Shown here piece by piece: positions 47,201 to 64,000 of a DNA stretch of 64,000 nt (the first letter of the stretch is position 1; each line of letters starts with the position of its first letter). The notes under the pieces were generated by a model. The model saw only the letters and a list, made by a program, of their open reading frames with translations, ran no database searches and was not told the origin of the DNA. The translations under genes were made by a program, and so were the position numbers. The stretch is from the human T2T-CHM13v2.0 reference genome, Homo sapiens: the NCBI RefSeq assembly GCF_009914755.1, contig NC_060941.1, one strand, 5' to 3'.

Positions 47201-47571
47201 ACCCTCCATCGCCGCCTGCTGGGGGGGCCTGAGGTCCGGAGCTGCTCTTCCTCCTGGCAGCCCAGCCTGCAGGCCTAGTGCTGTCCAACCACAGCCCAGA
47301 GGGCAAGGCCTCCCAAAGTGGGCGCTTGCTGAGCCCCTGGCCAGCCTCCCAGGACCCTCAGTCCCCACAGCCCCCATCCAGCTCTCTTTTACACCTTCCC
47401 CTCCCCCATCTCAGAACATGGGAGAAGCCGGGCACACTGGCGTCTGCAGGCTGCCCTTGGGCTGCCGCGGGGCCCTGTTTGCCCAGCACAGAGCCTGCCG
47501 TGCTTTGACCCAGCAAGTCCCACCGCACCTTCCAGAGGCACTGTACAGCGTGCATCTGTTGTCAGTACAGT

Positions 47572-47577
47572 TTTATT
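47572..47577 (-). terminator. Candidate alternative polyadenylation signal AATAAA inside the 3'UTR
   Basis: tttatt on +; upstream U-rich TTTTGTTTTG tract and TGTA motif on the minus strand (about 47668-47705). Confidence 0.45.
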
Positions 47578-48796
47578 TGCTGTGGAATCCATGAGAGCCG
47601 GAAGCATCGTTGGGGCCGTGGCTAGCAGAGCTCATGGTGACCAGTCCTGGGCCTGACCAATGGGTGATTACATTTAAAAACCAAAACAAAACAAAACAAA
47701 ATACCAAGAACAGATCACTTGCCATGGACATCAGTAATCTATTGGTAATGGTGGAAATTTCATGAAAATTTCCCCTAAACCATAACAAAAACTGTCCTCC
47801 TTACCCCAAAAGTGCTGGAGGAAAGATGGTTGCATGACTTGACCTCTCTTTGAACTTGAAATGCTACCTTCCTACCCGGAAATGCGACACACTATACTTA
47901 AAAGGCCAGATGGCTGCAGGCTGTTTGCACCCCTGGCTCTGCCCAGGGACACCCCTCTCCTGGTTCTAATGCTCAGACCCAGGAGGCAGAGTCCGCAGCC
48001 CGAGGGAGCTTCAAGGCCGAGGGGTAGGACCTGCAGGGCCCACACCACCCTTCTGATGGAGAGCTTTGCACATGCATTCACACACACATGCCTGGCGGGA
48101 TCGCAGAGGATGGGTCTCGTGGCAGGAGTGGGCAGAATGGGGTGCATTTTACAGAAGAGTCACAGAGAGGCTCGCCCTCGGCGGAGGACACACAGCTGGG
48201 TGGGCGTGTGGGAGTGCAGGTGTGCTGACTCCGAACCAAGGGAGAGCTCTCCGTCCTGAGCTCGCTGCCCCTCACGATGCACACGGCTGATGGCTGAGGT
48301 CAGCGGTCTCTTCCCTGAGTGGCAGGTGTGGTCCCTGGGACTTCATAAACCATCCTCATGACAGTTTTACACTTAGAGTCCCCAATGCACTCCCAGGAGG
48401 TGGCCTGGGCAGGCAGGCATCATTATTCTCATGTTACAGGTGAGGAAACTGAGGCTGAAGGAGGCAGAAGGCCACATACCCGGGGAGAATCGCAGGCAGC
48501 AGGGGCCAGGCCCCTTCCACAGCACTGCCTCTCACCCTTCTCCCGACCAACCCCCAAGGGCATGCCTCTGGCTTCATGAACCTTCGGGGGAAATTAGCTT
48601 TCTAGTTTGGGGGCGGTTCCCTCTGACTGGAGACAGGACAGAATGCTTTCACACCCAGGAACGGCCGTGCAGCCTGGCTTAGAAACAAGGGACGAAGTGG
48701 ATCCTGAGGCTCATTCCCTGGGGACTCCAAGAATGGGGCAGGCCCAGCTGCGCAGCCAGTCCTGGCTCCACTGACTTAGGCTGCACCCCTGCACAT

Positions 48797-48831
48797 ATGT
48801 GTGTGTGTGTGTGCATGCGTGCGTGTGTGCA

Positions 48832-48873
<42 letters not shown>
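48797..48873. repeat. (TG)n microsatellite, read as (CA)n in the TBC1D16 3'UTR
   Basis: gtgtgtgt... about 75 bp. Confidence 0.95.
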
Positions 48874-48874
<1 letters not shown>

Positions 48875-50629
48875 ATTTTCCCAGGGGACCTCTCCTCCTT
48901 CCTCTGAGGCAAAGTGGCCTGCAGGGGCCCCTGCAGAGCATACAGGGAGGTGCTTCCTTCCCTCTGCCCAGCGAGCAAAGGGTGGAGCCTTGGCACCCCC
49001 AGCAACCCCCTCCAAGGGTGGAGCCTTGGCACCCCCAGCCCCCACCCCGCAAGGGAAAGGGGAAGCTGCACGAGGAGCAAGATTTCATTCCCCAGAGGGC
49101 ACAGCTTGGGCAGATTCCCATCATCTAGGGGCTGTGCCCCACATCTATTTCTGCCAAACAAGAAGCAGACGAGGGGGCTCAGGGGGGCGGGCCTCACAGG
49201 AACGGAAGCACCACCCCACCTCTATTCCCTGTGGCCTCCAAAAGAGCTGGGCAACCTCTGCCAGCCACTACCCCTTAGCCCAAGGGGAGTCCTCATTCCA
49301 GAGCCAGCATCTTCATCTTGTCCTGATGCCCTGCCCACCCCCGCCGAGCTTCACACTGGGCTGCTATGGAAAACTGAAAGGTCAGAGGGTGGAGGTCCTC
49401 TCCCTCCTGGACAAGGAAACCTCCCCCTGCCTGGCACTTCGGCTGGTCAGGAACAGTGGCTGCTCATGGAGCTGCCCTCCCACCTTCAGACCCTCCTCCT
49501 CCCCCGCAGGGGTGGGCTGGGGCCCTCCCTCCCTCTGTACTTGATCCATGACTTGTGAGTTCTGAGTCCTCAGGGCCGAGACTTGAGTCAGAACCTTCTG
49601 GAGCAGTACGCATTTCCCCTCTGCACCTGGTGAGGACACCAGGCTCCTCGCTTCCTCCCCAGATCTCTGAGTGCTCACCCGACCCCCCAACCCTGGCGGG
49701 ACCTTCCAGGGCTGGCAAGCATCGAGCCTGACCACGTTGCCTCTTGGGTGCCAGCACGCCCACATCAAAGGTGTCCCCTCTTCCCAGAGGCCCTGAGCAA
49801 CATCGGGCGACGCTGTCAGCAGACATTAGCAGCAGAGCTGCACCACGCATCAACTTTTAAGTATGCGCACACACGTACGCCAGCCAATAACATTAAGTGT
49901 CATTTTAAAAAATGGGTTAAATAAGCAGCATTGCTGAGGATGGCCGTGCAGGGCTGATTATCCCCTATTTGCACGTTCTGGCGGTGGGAAGGCTAGAAGT
50001 CTAATGACTGAATTATCGCCCTAATGCCTCTCGCTGGCTGGGAATAATCCCGGGGCAACAGCTGCCGCGGGGTTTTTGGCTGGTTTCCTCTAATTGCATC
50101 CAGATTAAGGGAGTTGTGGAGGGGCGGGGCTTCTCCATCCCCCGCGGAGCAGCGTCTCCTCCGCCAAGCCCTGAACACCCAGGTCATGGCTTCCGAGGTC
50201 CTGGCTGGTCCGAGAGGTGCAGACCTCACTGGGGTCCGGGCCAGCCCATGGGGAGCGTGAGGTGCGAGCAGTGCACGGTGGGGGTGGCACTTGGTGCAGA
50301 GATGCAGCTGATTGGTCCGGGTCAGGTCTTGGGGAGCAGCAGGGGTGAGAAGCTGTAGGGCCAGGAGACTCAGAAGGAATGCCTTCTACTAGGACCTTCC
50401 CAAGTGAGGGGAGCCCTGGACCTGTCTATCCTCTTCCTCCCTCCCAAACACAGCGGTTCAAAGGCACGAGGTATCTAGTGAAATGCTAGGACCAGGGACG
50501 CTATTCCCCTGGAGCAGGCGGGTGGGGAAGGAGTGCTCCAAAGCAGGCATTATTAGGACACAGACTCTCCAGAGTCCCAGTTGTTTAGCCCTCCAAATTC
50601 TCAGCCTACTGCCACCCGACTGTGCAGAG

Positions 50630-51021
50630 CGGACAATAAAGTGGCAGGCCTGTCCCCCACCCCTTAATGCTGAGCCCAGCCACGTGACTTGCTGTGGCCA
50701 AGGGGAGAGCTGCAGGTGTGGTGTCCACCAAGGCTTGGAAAGGCACTTGCTGTCTCTCCCTCCGTGCCTTTGGCTGTGCCATGGCTGGCCTGCAGGAGGG
50801 ATGCAAGAGACCACAGAGCAGGGCCAGGTCCGACCTCTGCACCATGAGCATCCCCTGGGACTTAACAACCCACTGGCCCTAAACAAACAAGCCCAGCCTA
50901 GACCAGAAGAATCACCCTGCCCAGACTGCTGACTCCTGCCCTAGATCAGTGCTGACTGTTGCAGGCCACCGAGTGTTGGCGGATTTGTTACACAGTATTG
51001 CTGTGGCAATGGATATAACTG
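50630..51021 (+). mobile_element. Old MLT1-like LTR inside the TBC1D16 3'UTR
   Basis: gccacgtgacttgctgtggccaa...ggatttgttacacagtattgctgtggcaatggatataactg. Confidence 0.55.
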
Positions 51022-52789
51022 GTTTCTAGCGGAGGGTCAGGGCAGAAGCTCCAGCCACCTCCCTAGCCCAGAAAGGCAACCCTCTCTTCCCAGAAGCAAC
51101 ATGGATGAGAAGCCCACCCCATTCCCACCACAGGATCCCCCACTGCTAGACAGCAATGGTCGGTACCCCAGGATCTGGGCACTGATGGGGCTCCAGGACG
51201 GTCTCCTCAAAAGGCTCTTAGGCAGACAGACCTGGGAACTTGGAAGTACCTGCTGGACGACCTGGGTTCATGGAGAAAAGAGAAGCCGAGAAGGTGGAGG
51301 AGGCCGGTAAGTGGTGACCTCCGCTTTCCTGCTGAGGAACACTGCTTTGAAGTGGCATGGCCCAGCAGTGCCCACCCTCCAGGGAGAAAAGCTTTGAGTG
51401 GGAAGAAGCCTTCTATCCTGGTCCCCATGATGGTTCTCAGCACATCAAGGGTTTTTCTCCCCAGAAGGACGCGATGGAGGATTTCAGGAGGGATTTGGTC
51501 TCCTCGCTCAAGGAGTGGCTTTCTGTGCAAATGGCTCGACACTTCTAAGCTGGCTGGGAGTTCTCACAGCATAGATCGCACACCCTTTTCTGTCCATCTC
51601 TAAATCCCAGAAGGAGCAACTGATACACAATCTTTTGGAAGAGGGAGAGTCTGTTGGGAAGACCTCATTCCCACATAGAAGGCAGAGAGCCCTGAGTGCT
51701 GGCTCCTTCACTGTGGTCGCTCTCACGTCCGACCACCTGAGAAGCTGACTTACATATCTGAGTTCACAGGTCCTGAAGGGAAGTGGAAGAGTCTAACTAT
51801 TTCCAGGTGTCCTTGTCTTGGTTGGTCAGCTAATACACTACCACGTCCCTGGGACAAAGCAGATCATTGTCAGAGGATCTTGCAAACACAAACACGCACG
51901 CACGTGTGCATGCATGCATGCACGCAGGGACACACGCACACATCGACCCATTCAAGCCCCAGCTGGTTGCTGTATTTGGTGGAGTTGACCTTAAACAACG
52001 CCAAGGAACCTCACGTAGAAGACCCCCAGCAAAGAAAAAGGCATCAGATGCTTCTCCAACAGCCTGAGGCTCAGGCTCCTGGGCAGACAGTTCCCTTCGT
52101 GTACCAGGAGGACGAAATGTTTAAACGGATAAACATTACAAGCGCCAGCTCCTCAAGCCTGACTGCTCTTCCGCCTCTCTATCCCCACATCGGTTGGGCT
52201 TTTTATCTTTTGCTTTTCTTTTATGGCAGATGCCTTTCCATCGGCATCCCAGCTGTGGCTGGGGACGTTTTGGGAAGTGTGTTTGGCTCACTCCGAGAGA
52301 ACGAGGTCTCAAGAGGAAGTGTGTCTGGCTTGCAAAGATGTCCCTGGGCCTGGACAGGACCCCGCTGTGTTCTGCAGCCCTCGACGCAGTGGGTGAGTGA
52401 GGCCTTCCTCTCCTGTCTCTGCTTTCCTCATTGCCTGGCGACGCTGTCTGGCTGCCCTCGAGGGTGGAGCAAATCCTGGGACATGTTGAAATCCTCCAGG
52501 GCAGCCAGCAGGAGAGCCCAGCCAGCCTGCGTCTCAGGTGCGGTGGCTGCGCGTTCCACTGCAGCGTTTCAGGAGCTGACTTTCCTCTGGGTGGCTGTAG
52601 ATCTGACTTCTGTCACTTCCAGACTCTAATTTTGTCATTAATATGAAAAGGTTCCTCTCATGTTGCCCAAAAGCATTTTCCTTAGGTTTCTACCGTCCCC
52701 TGTCCCCTTCACGCCCAGCCCCACCCCCTCCCGTGCCCAGGGCCTCTGAGGAGGTCCCCTCAACCCCTGTCCGGTGTCGGGGGCCCGAC

Positions 52790-63528
<10,739 letters not shown>

Positions 63529-64000
63529 CTGAAGGGCCATTGGAAGGGGGAGAGGGAAGCCCGATGAATATGTAAACACGGGGGTTTTATTTCCAAGTAT
63601 AATCAGAGGCCACTGTCGCCAACCTCAGAAGCAGGAAACAGTGAGTCCCAGTGGAGTTGGCTGCTAGCGGGAGGGGACAGAACTACACCGAACAAAAACC
63701 ACCACCCCCTTTGCCGAAGATGGCAAAACTGCTCCTTCCTGGGGGGCCCTGGAGCTCCTCTCTGGAGACCTGCCAGAGTGGCCTTCTCCCCACCACCCCC
63801 TGCCCGGCAACATGGTCCCTGCAGTCCGGGAGACCTGGGTCCCAACGCTGAGTGCCCTGGAATCCAGTTCTGAGCCCTGGCAGGCCATGTGCTAAGAGAA
63901 CCTCCTGGGAACAGACCTCCTTCGTTGCGTGTGGGTGGAACTCTGGGAGAACCCTCCAGGGAAACTCAGTAAACATCCGTCAGTGCTGTCAGCCCAGCCC

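Larger units (their letters stand above)
44274..52789 (-). other. TBC1D16: TBC1D16 long 3'UTR (about 8.5 kb to the distal poly(A) site)
   Basis: Follows the stop codon, is free of Alus, and ends near AATAAA at 44297-44292 with GU-rich sequence downstream. The length agrees with my recollection of the annotated transcript end; exact cleavage site approximate. Confidence 0.7.

Overview
Primate, almost certainly human, genomic DNA (chr17q25.3). The right third holds the 3' half of TBC1D16, a Rab-GAP with a TBC domain, on the minus strand. Eight coding exons with canonical AG/GT borders join in frame to a TAG at 52790. A roughly 8.5-kb 3'UTR follows, ending near an AATAAA at 44292. An intragenic CpG island near 62 kb carries a candidate alternative first exon (ATG AAG|gt). 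The left 25 kb is dense with repeats: nested Alu, L1, MaLR and MER45 insertions, long (CAT/CAC)n and (TTTC)n tracts, and a heavily decayed class III (ERV-L type, LTR16-associated) provirus in which gag, pro, RT, RNase H, IN and dUTPase motifs are still readable. The 25-44 kb interval is GC-rich non-coding DNA with a probable lncRNA, a CpG island next to a (CCCCT)n tract, and several short local direct and inverted duplications. I found no convincing new multi-gene system. The most interesting candidates are TBC1D16 isoform features (a duplicated in-frame exon-11 donor, a uORF overlapping the alternative start, a truncating GADV* exon), the ERV-L fossil, and the cluster of locally templated copies. 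Repeat family names and exon numbers come from recognition or recall, not from a search; repeat borders are approximate.
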